A stretch of 64,000 bases of DNA from an uncultured Rubrivirga sp. (lineage in GTDB: Bacteria > Actinomycetota > Actinomycetes > S36-B12), in the NCBI GenBank assembly GCA_964385255.1, contig CAYLOH010000003.1, forward strand, positions 16,424-80,423, in the 5' to 3' direction. Every line of letters starts with the position of its first letter. The stretch's first letter is position 1. Shown one piece after another: positions 40,752-51,726 of the stretch. The position numbers and the translations under genes were made by a program. Under the pieces are notes generated by a model that made no database searches, was not told the origin of the DNA, and was given only the letters and a program-made list of their open reading frames with translations.

Positions 40752-42593
40752 GTGGAGACCATCCGCCTGACCATGGCCCAAGCACTCGTTCGGTGGCTTA
40801 CGGCACAGAAGACGGAGATCGATGGCCAGATAGTCCCCCTGTTCCCCGGGGCTTTCGGCATCTTCGGGCACGGCAACGTGACGGCACTGGCCGAAGCCTT
40901 GGCGGAAGTCAAGGACACCTTTCCCACCTGGCGAGGGCACAACGAGCAGTCGATGGCTCTGTCCGCGATCGGCTACGCGAAGGCTGTGCGCCGCAAGCAG
41001 ATCATGGTGGCCACCTCGTCCATCGGTCCGGGAAGCACGAACATGGTCACCGCGGCTGGGGTGGCAATCACCAACCGTCTTCCCGTACTCCTGCTCAGCG
41101 GGGACACCTTCGCCCACCGCATCGTGGATCCCGTCCTGCAACAAGTTGAGCAATTCAACGATCCGACCGTCACGGCTGCCGACACGTTCAAGCCGGTGAC
41201 CCGATTCTGGGATCGGATCGTGAAGCCTTCGCAACTGGTCAAGTCGCTCCCCCAGGCGCTTGCCGTGATGCTCGACCCTGCCACCTGCGGCCCAGCCTTC
41301 ATTGCGCTGCCTCAAGATGTTCAGGCCGAGGCCTACGACTATCCAGCCAAGTTCTTCGAGGAGAACGTCCACTACATCCGTCGCCCTCAGGCCGATCCCC
41401 GCGAGATTGCCTCCGCTGCGTCGGTGATAGCCACCGCGAAGAAACCTCTCATCATCTCCGGCGGCGGTGTGCTCTATTCCGGAGCTATCGAGACCTTGGG
41501 TGAGTTAGCACGTAGGCGCAACATCCCCATCGTCGAGACCTTCGCGGGCAAAGGCGCGTTCGCCGACGACCATCCCAACTATGCAGGTTCGCTCGGAATC
41601 GCCGGCGACGCTTGCTCGAATGCCGTCGCAGAGGACGCTGACGTCGTGATCGCGGTTGGCACCAAGCTCCAGGATTTCACCACTGGATCCTGGGCGCTGT
41701 TCAAGGAACCGAATCTGCGGATCGTCGCCATCAATGCTGCGAGATGGGATGCGACCAAGCAGAGTGCGATCTCGGTTGTGGCAGATGCCGACGTATCACT
41801 TCAGCAAATCGAGGCTCTCTTGGGCGACTATGCCGCTCCCACCGAATGGCTGACACACGCCCAGCGGGAGAAGGCCACGTGGAATTCGCATCTTGATCAA
41901 CTCGGACAAGCCGTCAGCAACCCACCCTCGTACAACCAGGTGATTCAACGGGTGCATCAGGTGTCCGATCCACGTGACTACCTCGTATCTGCAGCGGGTG
42001 GGCTGCCCGGAGAACTATTCGCCGGCTGGCGCACGAAGGAACCCAACACATTCGATTGTGAGTTCGGCTTCTCATGTATGGGCTATGAGATCTCGGGCGC
42101 CGTCGGCGCGAAGATGGCACTCCCGGACCGAGACGTCGTCTCATGGGTGGGAGACGGCTCCTATCTGATGATGAATAGCGACATCTACGCCAGCGTCCTC
42201 ACGGGCACCAAGGTGATCTACATCGTGTGCGACAACGAGGGCTTCGCCGTCATCAACCGCCTGCAGGTGAACCAGGGCGGCGAGGAATTCAACAACCTAC
42301 TTCGAACAACCAAGCACACCCAATTGATCAAGGTCGACTTTGTCGCACACGCTCGATCTATGGGGGCGATAGCGGAAAAGGTGGAGTCACTCGACGACAT
42401 TCCAGCGGCCTACGCCCGCGCCAAGGCATCAGACAGGACATATGTGATCGTCATCGACGTTGCTCAATACGAATGGGTCGGCGGTGGAACATGGTGGGAG
42501 GTCGGCGTACCGGAGGTGAGCAACCGAGCCGAGGTGCGTGCAGCACGAGCCGCTTACGAAGCCGAGTCCAAGCACCAGCGCATCGGTATCTGA
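40752..42593 (+). CDS. iolD: 3D-(3,5/4)-trihydroxycyclohexane-1,2-dione acylhydrolase (ThDP enzyme)
   Basis: 613 aa. IRLTMAQALVRWL...FGIFGHGNV...GHNEQSMA...DPVLQQVEQF...WDRIVKPSQL tracks B. subtilis IolD closely by eye. GDGSYLMMNS ThDP motif. Confidence 0.86.
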   Translation: METIRLTMAQALVRWLTAQKTEIDGQIVPLFPGAFGIFGHGNVTALAEALAEVKDTFPTWRGHNEQSMALSAIGYAKAVRRKQIMVATSSIGPGSTNMVTAAGVAITNRLPVLLLSGDTFAHRIVDPVLQQVEQFNDPTVTAADTFKPVTRFWDRIVKPSQLVKSLPQALAVMLDPATCGPAFIALPQDVQAEAYDYPAKFFEENVHYIRRPQADPREIASAASVIATAKKPLIISGGGVLYSGAIETLGELARRRNIPIVETFAGKGAFADDHPNYAGSLGIAGDACSNAVAEDADVVIAVGTKLQDFTTGSWALFKEPNLRIVAINAARWDATKQSAISVVADADVSLQQIEALLGDYAAPTEWLTHAQREKATWNSHLDQLGQAVSNPPSYNQVIQRVHQVSDPRDYLVSAAGGLPGELFAGWRTKEPNTFDCEFGFSCMGYEISGAVGAKMALPDRDVVSWVGDGSYLMMNSDIYASVLTGTKVIYIVCDNEGFAVINRLQVNQGGEEFNNLLRTTKHTQLIKVDFVAHARSMGAIAEKVESLDDIPAAYARAKASDRTYVIVIDVAQYEWVGGGTWWEVGVPEVSNRAEVRAARAAYEAESKHQRIGI

Positions 42594-42595
42594 CC

Positions 42596-43399
42596 ATGGC
42601 TCGCTATCCGGAGTTCGCCGGCAAGGTGCTGGTGGCTACTGGTGGCGCGTCCTTCATCGTCGAGGCGCTCGCGCGACAGTTCGTGGACAACGGTGGCCAT
42701 GTGGTACTCGGAGACCTACAGGACGATTTCGCTGAGCAACTCCTCGCGTCCCTCGGTACATCCGGCAGGTTCCTGCCCACGGACGTCACGTCTGATGAGG
42801 ACCTCGACGCCCTACTCGCCACCGCAGTCGATGACTTCGGTGGCGTGGACTTCGTCGTCGGCGCTCACACGACATTCGCCTGCGGGTACCTGGACACCAC
42901 ACGCGAGAATTGGCTTTCGTCTCTGAATGTGAACGTCGCCTCATCGGCAATGCTCGTGGAGAAAGCGGTACCGCTGATGCAGCAGCGCGGGGGCGGCGCG
43001 GTGGTTCTCGTGACATCCGTGTCGGGCAAGTCCTCGCAACCGAATCGCATCGTCTACCCGGTCACGAAGGCAGCACTGTTGGGTCTCACCAGGAACATGT
43101 CGCAGGCGCTCGCGCCCCTTGGCATTCGGATCAACAGCGTCTCCCCTGGTTGGACATGGAGTCGCAACATCGAACGTCGCTACGGCACCCGTGAGCACGC
43201 GGATCACTTCGCTGGCGAGTTCCACTCCATCCGACGCATGGGCGAACCAGAGGAGATCGCCGACGCAATTTGCTACCTCTGCTCGGACGGAGCGTCGTTC
43301 ATCACCGGTGCGGACGTGGCCGTGGATGGCGGCTACAGCGCCCTCGGGCCCGAGGCACTCGGCCAGCCCTACGAGAAGTTCCCTGCCGTGAACCCCTAG
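42596..43399 (+). CDS. SDR family oxidoreductase
   Basis: Starts 2 nt after the iolD stop. ATGGASFIVEA, a YPVTK dyad, and SPGWT. The upstream part of track ORF 42227-43399 is out-of-frame overlap with iolD. Confidence 0.85.
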   Translation: MARYPEFAGKVLVATGGASFIVEALARQFVDNGGHVVLGDLQDDFAEQLLASLGTSGRFLPTDVTSDEDLDALLATAVDDFGGVDFVVGAHTTFACGYLDTTRENWLSSLNVNVASSAMLVEKAVPLMQQRGGGAVVLVTSVSGKSSQPNRIVYPVTKAALLGLTRNMSQALAPLGIRINSVSPGWTWSRNIERRYGTREHADHFAGEFHSIRRMGEPEEIADAICYLCSDGASFITGADVAVDGGYSALGPEALGQPYEKFPAVNP

Positions 43400-43470
43400 G
43401 ACTCACTGCACGCGCCGGTCCGATGCCACCGCTTCGGCAGTTCGACCTTTGATTCTTGGCAGTTCGCGGT

Positions 43471-44913
43471 TTAGAGGTCGACGGCGAAGTATTGCGTCTC
43501 GAGGAACTCGTGGATGCCATCGAATCCACCCTCGCGACCGAGGCCGGACTCCTTCATGCCACCAAACGATGCCGCCGGATCTGAGGCGATGCCGCGGTTG
43601 ATGGCGACCATCCCCGACTCCATCTGGCGAGCCACCTTGATGCCCTCCCCCGCATCCTTGGCGAAGACATAGGAAATGAGGCCATACTCGGTGTCGTTCG
43701 CCATCCGGATGGCCTCGGCTTGATCTTCGAACGTCACGATCGGGGCGACGGGTCCGAAGATCTCGTTTCTCGTGAGGGTCGAGCCATGTTGCACGCCGCG
43801 AATGATGTACGGCGCGATGAACGCGCCATCGGCGGGGGCATCGCTCACTGCCGCCGCCACGGTCCCTTCAGCCTCCGCGGACTGCACGAGTTCCAAGATC
43901 TTGTCGCGTTCCTTCACCGACACCATCGCGCCGAGGTCATTGCTTTGGTCGATGCCCGGCCCGATCTTCAGTCCGCGAAGCGCCGCTTCGAACTTCAGGG
44001 CGAACTCATCCGCGACAGAGGCGTGCACGTAGAAGCGGTTAGCTGCGGTGCAAGCCGCGCCACCGTTGCGCATCTTGGCGATCATCGCGCCATCCACCGC
44101 CGCGTCCACATCGGCGCCTTCGAGCACCAGGAAGGGTGCGTTACCGCCGAGTTCCATGGATGAGGGGAGAACGCGCTGGGCAGTCTGCTGCAACAGCAAC
44201 TTGCCGACGTACGTGGATCCCGTGAAGGACAGCGTGGCCACGCGCGGGTCGGCCAAGATCGCCTCCGAGACCGGTCCGGACTTCGATGTGGTGATGACGT
44301 TGACGACACCCGCCGGCGCACCCGCCCGCCCCACGACATCCGCCACCCACAGAGCCGTGAGAGGCGTTTCGGCCGCCGGCTTGAGGACCGTCGTGCACCC
44401 TGCCGCCAGAGCGGGGGCGAGTTTGCGGGTGGCCATGGCAGCGGGGAAGTTCCACGGGGTGATCAGGTAGGCGACACCCATGGGTCGGTAATCGGTGATG
44501 ATCGTCTTGTCCCGATTGGGCCCGTAGCGGAAATCACCCTGCACATGCGCGGCCACCTCGGAGAACCAGCGGAAGAACTCGGCGGCGTAGACAGCCTCAC
44601 CCATGGCATCACGCCAAGCCTTCCCGTTCTCTAGGCAGATGAGCCTGGCGCAGTCCTCGATTTCGGCAGTCATGATGTCGAAGGCTCGGCGCAAGATCTC
44701 AGCCCGGGAACGGGCTGACGACAGGCTCCAGGACTGAAAGGCGTCGTGTGCCGCGGCGACCGCCTGAAGGCCTTCCTGCGCGCTTGCGTCGCCGATCTCG
44801 GCCAAGGTGCCCAAGGTCGCGGGGTTCACCACGTTCAAATGGGTGGCTGTTTGCAGCCAGTCACCGCCGATCAGCAGACCGGTGGGTGTATTCACGGGCA
44901 GTGCAGTGGACAT
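43471..44913 (-). CDS. NAD(P)-dependent aldehyde dehydrogenase (succinate-semialdehyde dehydrogenase-like)
   Basis: FTGSTYVGK, MELGGNAP, GGAACTAANR (catalytic Cys), NEIFGPV. Confidence 0.9.
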   Translation of the reverse strand: MSTALPVNTPTGLLIGGDWLQTATHLNVVNPATLGTLAEIGDASAQEGLQAVAAAHDAFQSWSLSSARSRAEILRRAFDIMTAEIEDCARLICLENGKAWRDAMGEAVYAAEFFRWFSEVAAHVQGDFRYGPNRDKTIITDYRPMGVAYLITPWNFPAAMATRKLAPALAAGCTTVLKPAAETPLTALWVADVVGRAGAPAGVVNVITTSKSGPVSEAILADPRVATLSFTGSTYVGKLLLQQTAQRVLPSSMELGGNAPFLVLEGADVDAAVDGAMIAKMRNGGAACTAANRFYVHASVADEFALKFEAALRGLKIGPGIDQSNDLGAMVSVKERDKILELVQSAEAEGTVAAAVSDAPADGAFIAPYIIRGVQHGSTLTRNEIFGPVAPIVTFEDQAEAIRMANDTEYGLISYVFAKDAGEGIKVARQMESGMVAINRGIASDPAASFGGMKESGLGREGGFDGIHEFLETQYFAVDL

Positions 44914-45006
44914 CGGGCTCCTCGTCGTCGGACTACCTCAGGCTAGTCCGGCTTCCCGAAAGCCGCGAAGGACCGGTTCGGGCCTCGGGCTTACCATGGC
45001 GGTCCT

Positions 45007-46293
45007 ATGCGCCTTGCTCGGTCAGTGTCGGTCATGATCACCGCCAGCGCCCTCATCGCCGGTGTTTGGACACACGATCCACAGGTAGCACGAGCCGCGG
45101 ACCCCTCGCCAACCCCGACAGGATCGCCTGCGCCCACTACCCCGCTGACGGTGGCACCCTCCCCGGCACCTCCGGCAATGCCCGGCACGATCACACAGTC
45201 TCCGTTGCCCCGGGTCGACGTCCAAGGTGGCCCACGGCTGGCCGAGAAGGGTGAGGTCGTCGATCTCAGTGGCGGCGCCAGCCAGCTGCCCGACGTCAAG
45301 GCGCGAACGTGGGTTCTCGCCGATGCGAGCACCGGTGAGATTCTCGCCGCGAAGAACGCACACAAGCAGCGGCGACCGGCCAGCACACTGAAGACGTTGA
45401 CGGCACTCACCCTGTTGCCCGAACTCGACCCCAACGCGGTGTGGATCGGAACCCCCAAGGCCCAAAACACCTACGGCAGCAAAGTGGGCATCCGCAAGGG
45501 CCGGGAGTACACGATCGAGGAACTCTTCTACGGGCTGATGCTCCCCAGCGGCAATGACGCCGCGATCGCCCTCGGTCAGGCCAACTCGAGCGTGAAGCAA
45601 ACCGTCGAGCAGATGAATGAGGTCGCGCGGGATCTGCAGGCGTACAACACCACGGCGAAGAACACCAGCGGCCTCGACGCCAAGGGACAGCTCTCGACGG
45701 CCTACGACCTCACCGTCATCGCCCGGGCCGCTTTGCAGCGCGACGACTTCCGTCAATACGCCATGGCTAAGAAGGCCGAATTCCCCAACCCGCGAAAGAA
45801 GCTCAAGAAGCCGATCACCATCTACAACCAGAACGATTTGGTGATGGACGATTATCCCGGCGTCGTAGGCGTGAAAACCGGATTCACCAGTAAAGCCGGT
45901 CGCACGTTCATCGGCGCTGCCGAACGTGACGGACGCACCTTGATCGTCTCGCTCATGGGAATACGTGAGCCGAGCGACGTGGCGGCGAGGAAACTTCTCA
46001 ATTGGGGCTTCAAGAACGGGGATCGGATCATTCCCGTGGGTCAATTGCCCGGGGCAACAGCTCAGGAGACGACCGCGGAAACCGGGATCGTCGAGCCGGA
46101 GCAGCCACGGCTGGTTTCGGCTACGAGCACCGATGACGTGGATCTGATCACTGCACAGCAAGAACCCACGCTCGCGTCTTTGACCCCCTCGGCCTGGGGA
46201 TGGCTGGCCTTGTTCACGGCCATCGCCGTCCTGGCGTTGGGTGCGATCGGTCGAACCTTGTTCAACCGCAGACGCAGGCGCTTCGCCGACTAG
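45007..46293 (+). CDS. D-alanyl-D-alanine carboxypeptidase (S11 PBP)
   Basis: Signal-like N-terminus, a Pro-rich linker, the motifs STLK, LPSGND and VKTGFTSKAG, and a C-terminal TM anchor. Confidence 0.88.
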   Translation: MRLARSVSVMITASALIAGVWTHDPQVARAADPSPTPTGSPAPTTPLTVAPSPAPPAMPGTITQSPLPRVDVQGGPRLAEKGEVVDLSGGASQLPDVKARTWVLADASTGEILAAKNAHKQRRPASTLKTLTALTLLPELDPNAVWIGTPKAQNTYGSKVGIRKGREYTIEELFYGLMLPSGNDAAIALGQANSSVKQTVEQMNEVARDLQAYNTTAKNTSGLDAKGQLSTAYDLTVIARAALQRDDFRQYAMAKKAEFPNPRKKLKKPITIYNQNDLVMDDYPGVVGVKTGFTSKAGRTFIGAAERDGRTLIVSLMGIREPSDVAARKLLNWGFKNGDRIIPVGQLPGATAQETTAETGIVEPEQPRLVSATSTDDVDLITAQQEPTLASLTPSAWGWLALFTAIAVLALGAIGRTLFNRRRRRFAD

Positions 46294-46300
46294 GCGAGTC

Positions 46301-47326
<1,026 letters not shown>

Positions 47327-47396
47327 TCACGGGTTGCGAACGTCCACCTGACCCTAGGACGTGAGGGTTGGCGTCGCGTGGGGTTAGGGTCGTCCG

Positions 47397-48263
47397 GTGA
47401 GTGAAGACGTTCGAGCAGAGCACTTCGTCGACCGACTCAGCTTGACTCCCATCGATCGCGACATCTTCACCGGCGTCTGCCATTCGGGAACGCCTTTGCG
47501 CGCCTACGGAGGCCAGATAGCAGCGCAGGCTCTGATGGCCGCCGGGCGTACCGTCGACGAGCCCGGCAGGTTCGTCCATTCGCTCCACGGCTACTTCCTG
47601 CGGCCAGGCAAGACCATGGACACCATCACGTACTTGGTGGACCGTCCCCGTGACGGCGGATCGTTCTCCACGCGCATCGTCCGAGCGGTCCAACAGGGCG
47701 AGACGATATTCATGATGACCACGTCTTTCTCGGTCGTCGATGCCGGACCCGAGCACCAATTCGTGATGCCCGACGTTGCCCCTCCCGCACAAGCCCGCGA
47801 GGTGGACCTCGTTGCGCGCCTGCTTCCCGCGAGCGGGACCGCCTCCGAATTCGACTACCCCGATCATTCGCTCATCGAGGTGCGCACCCTGGCTGCCTCC
47901 GATGGACCCCTGGAGCTCAAGGACGGTCGCTACGAGCGCATGGCGTGGGTGCGCATCACCGAGCCGATGCCCGAGGACCCACTCATCCAAGCGTGCGCGC
48001 TGACGTATCTGTCGGACTTGAGCATGGTGACCACATCAACCAGCCCTCACCGAGACCAAAGGCATGAACTTCAGGTGGCGTCCATCGATCACGCGATGTG
48101 GTTCCACGCACCGGTGAACACACACGAGTGGATGCTGTTCGAGCAGGACACCCCCACGGCCCGCGGTGGCCACGGCCTAGCCCGAGGACTGTTCTACGAC
48201 GAGGCTGGGATCCTGATCGCCTCCGTGGTGCAAGAGAGCCTCATGCGCACACGACGCGGCTAA
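47397..48263 (+). CDS. tesB: acyl-CoA thioesterase II
   Basis: [10 protein letters not shown]...[11 protein letters not shown]...RDGGSFSTR parallels E. coli TesB by eye. Confidence 0.85.
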   Translation: MSEDVRAEHFVDRLSLTPIDRDIFTGVCHSGTPLRAYGGQIAAQALMAAGRTVDEPGRFVHSLHGYFLRPGKTMDTITYLVDRPRDGGSFSTRIVRAVQQGETIFMMTTSFSVVDAGPEHQFVMPDVAPPAQAREVDLVARLLPASGTASEFDYPDHSLIEVRTLAASDGPLELKDGRYERMAWVRITEPMPEDPLIQACALTYLSDLSMVTTSTSPHRDQRHELQVASIDHAMWFHAPVNTHEWMLFEQDTPTARGGHGLARGLFYDEAGILIASVVQESLMRTRRG

Positions 48264-49474
48264 CGCATCGCGATCTGCAGATTGGCGTCGATCGAACCGA
48301 GAAACTCCTGCGTGGTCTGCCACGGCTGATCCGGGCCGATGAGCATGGCGAGGTCCTTCGTCATCTTGCCTTCTTCGACGGTCTGCACGCAGACCCGCTC
48401 CAGTGTGCGCGCGAATTCGCTCACCGCGGGGGTCCCGTCCAGCTTGCCGCGATGCTCCAGGCCCTGCGTCCACGCGAAGATCGACGCAATCGGATTCGTC
48501 GACGTCGGCTTGCCCTGCTGGTGCTGGCGGTAGTGACGGGTCACGGTTCCGTGGGCAGCCTCGGCCTCGACGGTCCTGCCGTCCGGGGTCATGAGCACCG
48601 ATGTCATCAGACCCAATGATCCGAAACCCTGCGCGACGGTGTCGGACTGGACATCCCCGTCGTAGTTCTTGCATGCCCAGACGTAACCGCCTTCCCACTT
48701 CAACGCGGCGGCGACCATGTCATCAATGAGGCGGTGCTCGTAGGTGATGCCAGCCTTCTCGAAATCAGCCTTGAACTCGGCGTCGAAGACCTCCGCGAAG
48801 ATGTCCTTGAAGCGACCGTCGTAGGCCTTCAGGATGGTGTTCTTGGTCGACATGTAGACCGGATAGTTCCGAGCCAATCCGTATCGGAAAGACGCGCGGG
48901 CGAAATCACGGATGGATTCGTCCAGGTTGTACATGCCCATGGCCACACCACCGGCAGGGAAGTCGAAGACGTTGAACTCCATAGGTTCGGAGCCATCCGC
49001 AGGTGTGAAGGTCATCGTGAGCGTGCCTGCCTTATCCACCTTGAAATCGGTGGCCCGGTATTGATCACCGAAAGCATGGCGACCGACGATGATCGGCTTG
49101 GTCCACGTGGGGACAAGCCGCGGGATGTTGTCGATGATGATCGGCTCTCGGAAGATGACACCGCCCAGGATGTTGCGAATCGTGCCGTTCGGTGACTTCC
49201 ACATCTTCTTGAGGCCGAACTCCTCGACGCGAGCCTCATCCGGCGTGATGGTGGCGCACTTGACGCCTACTCCGTACTTCTGGATGGCGTGAGCTGCATC
49301 GATAGTGACTTGATCGTCTGTGGCATCGCGGTACTCAATACCTAGGTCGTAGTACTTCAGGTCGATATCGAGGTACTTGAGGATGAGTTCGTCCTTGATG
49401 AACTGCCAGATGATCCGGGTCATCTCGTCGCCGTCGAGTTCGACGACGGGGTTTACCACCTTGATCTTGGACAT
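48260..49474 (-). CDS. icd: NADP-dependent isocitrate dehydrogenase (404-aa dimeric eukaryote-like type)
   Basis: [23 protein letters not shown] and [16 protein letters not shown] lies 6 nt before the ATG and 10 nt after the mdh stop. Confidence 0.95.
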   Translation of the reverse strand: MSKIKVVNPVVELDGDEMTRIIWQFIKDELILKYLDIDLKYYDLGIEYRDATDDQVTIDAAHAIQKYGVGVKCATITPDEARVEEFGLKKMWKSPNGTIRNILGGVIFREPIIIDNIPRLVPTWTKPIIVGRHAFGDQYRATDFKVDKAGTLTMTFTPADGSEPMEFNVFDFPAGGVAMGMYNLDESIRDFARASFRYGLARNYPVYMSTKNTILKAYDGRFKDIFAEVFDAEFKADFEKAGITYEHRLIDDMVAAALKWEGGYVWACKNYDGDVQSDTVAQGFGSLGLMTSVLMTPDGRTVEAEAAHGTVTRHYRQHQQGKPTSTNPIASIFAWTQGLEHRGKLDGTPAVSEFARTLERVCVQTVEEGKMTKDLAMLIGPDQPWQTTQEFLGSIDANLQIAMR

Positions 49475-49484
49475 CCCGCGCTCC

Positions 49485-50441
49485 TCACAGATCCTTGACG
49501 TCGGCCTGCTTGGCCTTCACCGCTTCGTAGGCCTGCTCGAGCAGTGCCTTCTCATCGGGGGTCAAAGGGGTCTCGACGACCCGACGCACGCCCTGCGTAC
49601 CGAGTTCGGCCTCGACACCGAGGTAAGCCCCCGAGAGTCCGTATTCACCGTCGACCCACGCGCACACCGGCATGACGGCACCCGAGTCCTCATGGACTGC
49701 TCGCGCCATCCGAGCTGCGGCAGCCGAGGGCGCGTAGTACGCCGAACCGGTCTTGAGAAGTCCCACGATCTCTGCGCCACCGTTGCGAGTCCGCTCGACG
49801 AGTTCGTCGACCTTCTCCGCGGAAACAAGGTCAGTGAGCGGCTTGCCGTCCACGGCGCAAACGGACGCGACGGGCACCATGGTGTCGCCGTGCGATCCCA
49901 AGGTCAGGGTCGTGACGGACGACACCGGGACGCCCAACTCCTCGGCCACGAAATGCGTGAACCGCGCGGTATCGAGCATGCCCGCCTGGCCGAGTACGCG
50001 GTTGTGGGGGAATCCGGTGACGATCTGCGCGAGGGCGGTCATCTCATCCAGGGGGTTCGCGACGTTGATGACGACACAGTCGGGTGCATAACGAGCCACG
50101 TTCTCCGCCACCTGGCGCATGATCTTGGCATTCGTCTCGATGAGGTCCATGCGACTCATCCCCGGCTTGCGCGGCAAGCCCGCCGTGATGATGACGATTT
50201 CGGACCCGGCAATCGCCTCATAGCCCTCACCGCTGGGGCCGGTCGTCTGCCCGACGATCTTCGTTTCGAAACCCTCGATCCATCGCGACTGGTTCATGTC
50301 CAGGGCCAGACCCTCGGCTTTGCCGTCGACGACGTCGGTCAGCACGACTGTCTCGAAGATGTCGTATTCGGCCAAGCGAAGAGCCGTCGTCGAGCCGTAG
50401 AAGCCGGCTCCCACCACCGTTACCTTGCCCGTGCGCGCCAT
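49485..50441 (-). CDS. mdh: malate dehydrogenase (LDH-like family)
   Basis: [27 protein letters not shown]. Start at ATG 50441. Confidence 0.92.
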   Translation of the reverse strand: MARTGKVTVVGAGFYGSTTALRLAEYDIFETVVLTDVVDGKAEGLALDMNQSRWIEGFETKIVGQTTGPSGEGYEAIAGSEIVIITAGLPRKPGMSRMDLIETNAKIMRQVAENVARYAPDCVVINVANPLDEMTALAQIVTGFPHNRVLGQAGMLDTARFTHFVAEELGVPVSSVTTLTLGSHGDTMVPVASVCAVDGKPLTDLVSAEKVDELVERTRNGGAEIVGLLKTGSAYYAPSAAAARMARAVHEDSGAVMPVCAWVDGEYGLSGAYLGVEAELGTQGVRRVVETPLTPDEKALLEQAYEAVKAKQADVKDL

Positions 50442-50470
50442 CGCAAACCCTTCGAAGTCAGGGGGAAGAA

Positions 50471-50486
50471 ATCTTGACGTCAAGAT
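50471..50486. promoter_or_regulatory. perfect 16-bp palindrome ATCTTGACGTCAAGAT upstream of mdh
   Basis: Self-complementary over all 16 nt. It sits 30-45 nt upstream of the mdh ATG and carries TTGACG (-35-like) on both strands. Confidence 0.4.
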
Positions 50487-50529
50487 ACCTGGCCTCGGTG
50501 CGGCGTTTCCTGTTGGGTGAGAACCTCGA

Positions 50530-50838
50530 CTACCGCGGCGGGGGCACCCAGAATGCGAAGACCGCCAACAGCGCTCCCAGCACTCCGAGGACCGCGACGT
50601 CGACTCGACGCGAGCGAACCACGAGCAGACCGGCCTCTCGATCGGGTAGCAGCAATCGCAGGAAGGCGGCCAGTAGAACGCTTCCGGCTAGCACCACCGA
50701 CCCACGCCTGAAGTAATCCAAGGCCACCAGTGCGAGGGCTATGACCACGCCGGCGAGGACGACCAGGATCGGCCATTGCCGCCACCAACCGCGAGCTCGT
50801 AGGGGTCGCACGTTGTCCTGGCCGGTCGATTCACTCAT
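50530..50838 (-). CDS. DUF3017-like small membrane protein
   Basis: 102 aa with 2-3 hydrophobic helices. Its start overlaps the folD stop, a position I recall as typical in actinobacteria. Confidence 0.62.
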   Translation of the reverse strand: MSESTGQDNVRPLRARGWWRQWPILVVLAGVVIALALVALDYFRRGSVVLAGSVLLAAFLRLLLPDREAGLLVVRSRRVDVAVLGVLGALLAVFAFWVPPPR

Positions 50839-51686
50839 CGCAAGGAGCGTTCGGCTGCTTCAACGACGTTGGCCAGCAACATCGCCCTGGTCATGGGACC
50901 CGTTCCACCTGGCATCGGCGCCACCCAGCCCGCGACGTCGGCGACGTCGACGGCGACGTCACCGACCAGGCCAGCATCGGTGCGCGTGATTCCCACGTCG
51001 AGCACTGCTGCTCCGGGCTTGACGACGTCCGCCGTGACCATTGCCGGCACGCCTGCCGCCGCGACCACGATGTCCGCCCGACGGATCTCTTCACCGATGT
51101 TCGCGGTGCCGGTGTGACACAAGGTGACGGTGGCGTTCTCGCTGCGACGCGTCAGCAGCAGACCGAGCGGTCTTCCGACGGTGACGCCACGGCCAACGAT
51201 GACTGCGTGCGCGCCGGCTATCGGTACGTCGTAGGCGCGAAGGAGTTCGACAATGCCTCGAGGCGTGCAGGGCAAAGGAGCATCGATACCCAACACCAGT
51301 CGTCCCAGATTCATCGGATGCAAACCATCCGCATCTTTGGCCGGATCCATCAATTCGAGGACCCGGTTGGCGTCCAAGTGCCGAGGAAGCGGCAGTTGAA
51401 CGATGTATCCGGTCACCGAGGGATCGGCGTTCAAGCGGGCGACCTCGGCTTCGAGTTGCTCCTGCGTGGTGTCGGCGGGGAGGTCGACACGAATCGAGGC
51501 GATTCCGACCTCGGCGCAGTCGCGGTGTTTGCCACCGACGTACGCATGCGAGCCGGGATCTTCTCCCACCAAGACCGTCCCCAGGCCCGGCTGTATACCC
51601 CGGTGGGCGAGTTCCTCGACCCGATGCCTCAACTGCTCCTTCACATCGGACGCCGTTCGCCGGCCGTCGAGTGTCACTGCGGCCAT
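50835..51686 (-). CDS. folD: bifunctional methylenetetrahydrofolate dehydrogenase/cyclohydrolase
   Basis: [38 protein letters not shown]. Confidence 0.93.
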   Translation of the reverse strand: MAAVTLDGRRTASDVKEQLRHRVEELAHRGIQPGLGTVLVGEDPGSHAYVGGKHRDCAEVGIASIRVDLPADTTQEQLEAEVARLNADPSVTGYIVQLPLPRHLDANRVLELMDPAKDADGLHPMNLGRLVLGIDAPLPCTPRGIVELLRAYDVPIAGAHAVIVGRGVTVGRPLGLLLTRRSENATVTLCHTGTANIGEEIRRADIVVAAAGVPAMVTADVVKPGAAVLDVGITRTDAGLVGDVAVDVADVAGWVAPMPGGTGPMTRAMLLANVVEAAERSLR

Positions 51687-51726
51687 CAGCAGCTCAACTC
51701 CTCGCTCATCGGATTCGCTTTCCCTG

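Noticed and set aside
43400-43470. tRNA-like GTTCGA motif and GGCAGTTCG direct repeat in the convergent gap
   Set aside because: I could build no acceptor or T-stem complementarity. The 9-nt repeat is short enough to be chance.
51687-51726. ZTP/pfl-type riboswitch upstream of folD, and similarly upstream of purN at 54799-54844
   Set aside because: The gaps are only 40-46 nt, and I saw no GGGTCGTGAC...CCGCCTGGGC-like elements.
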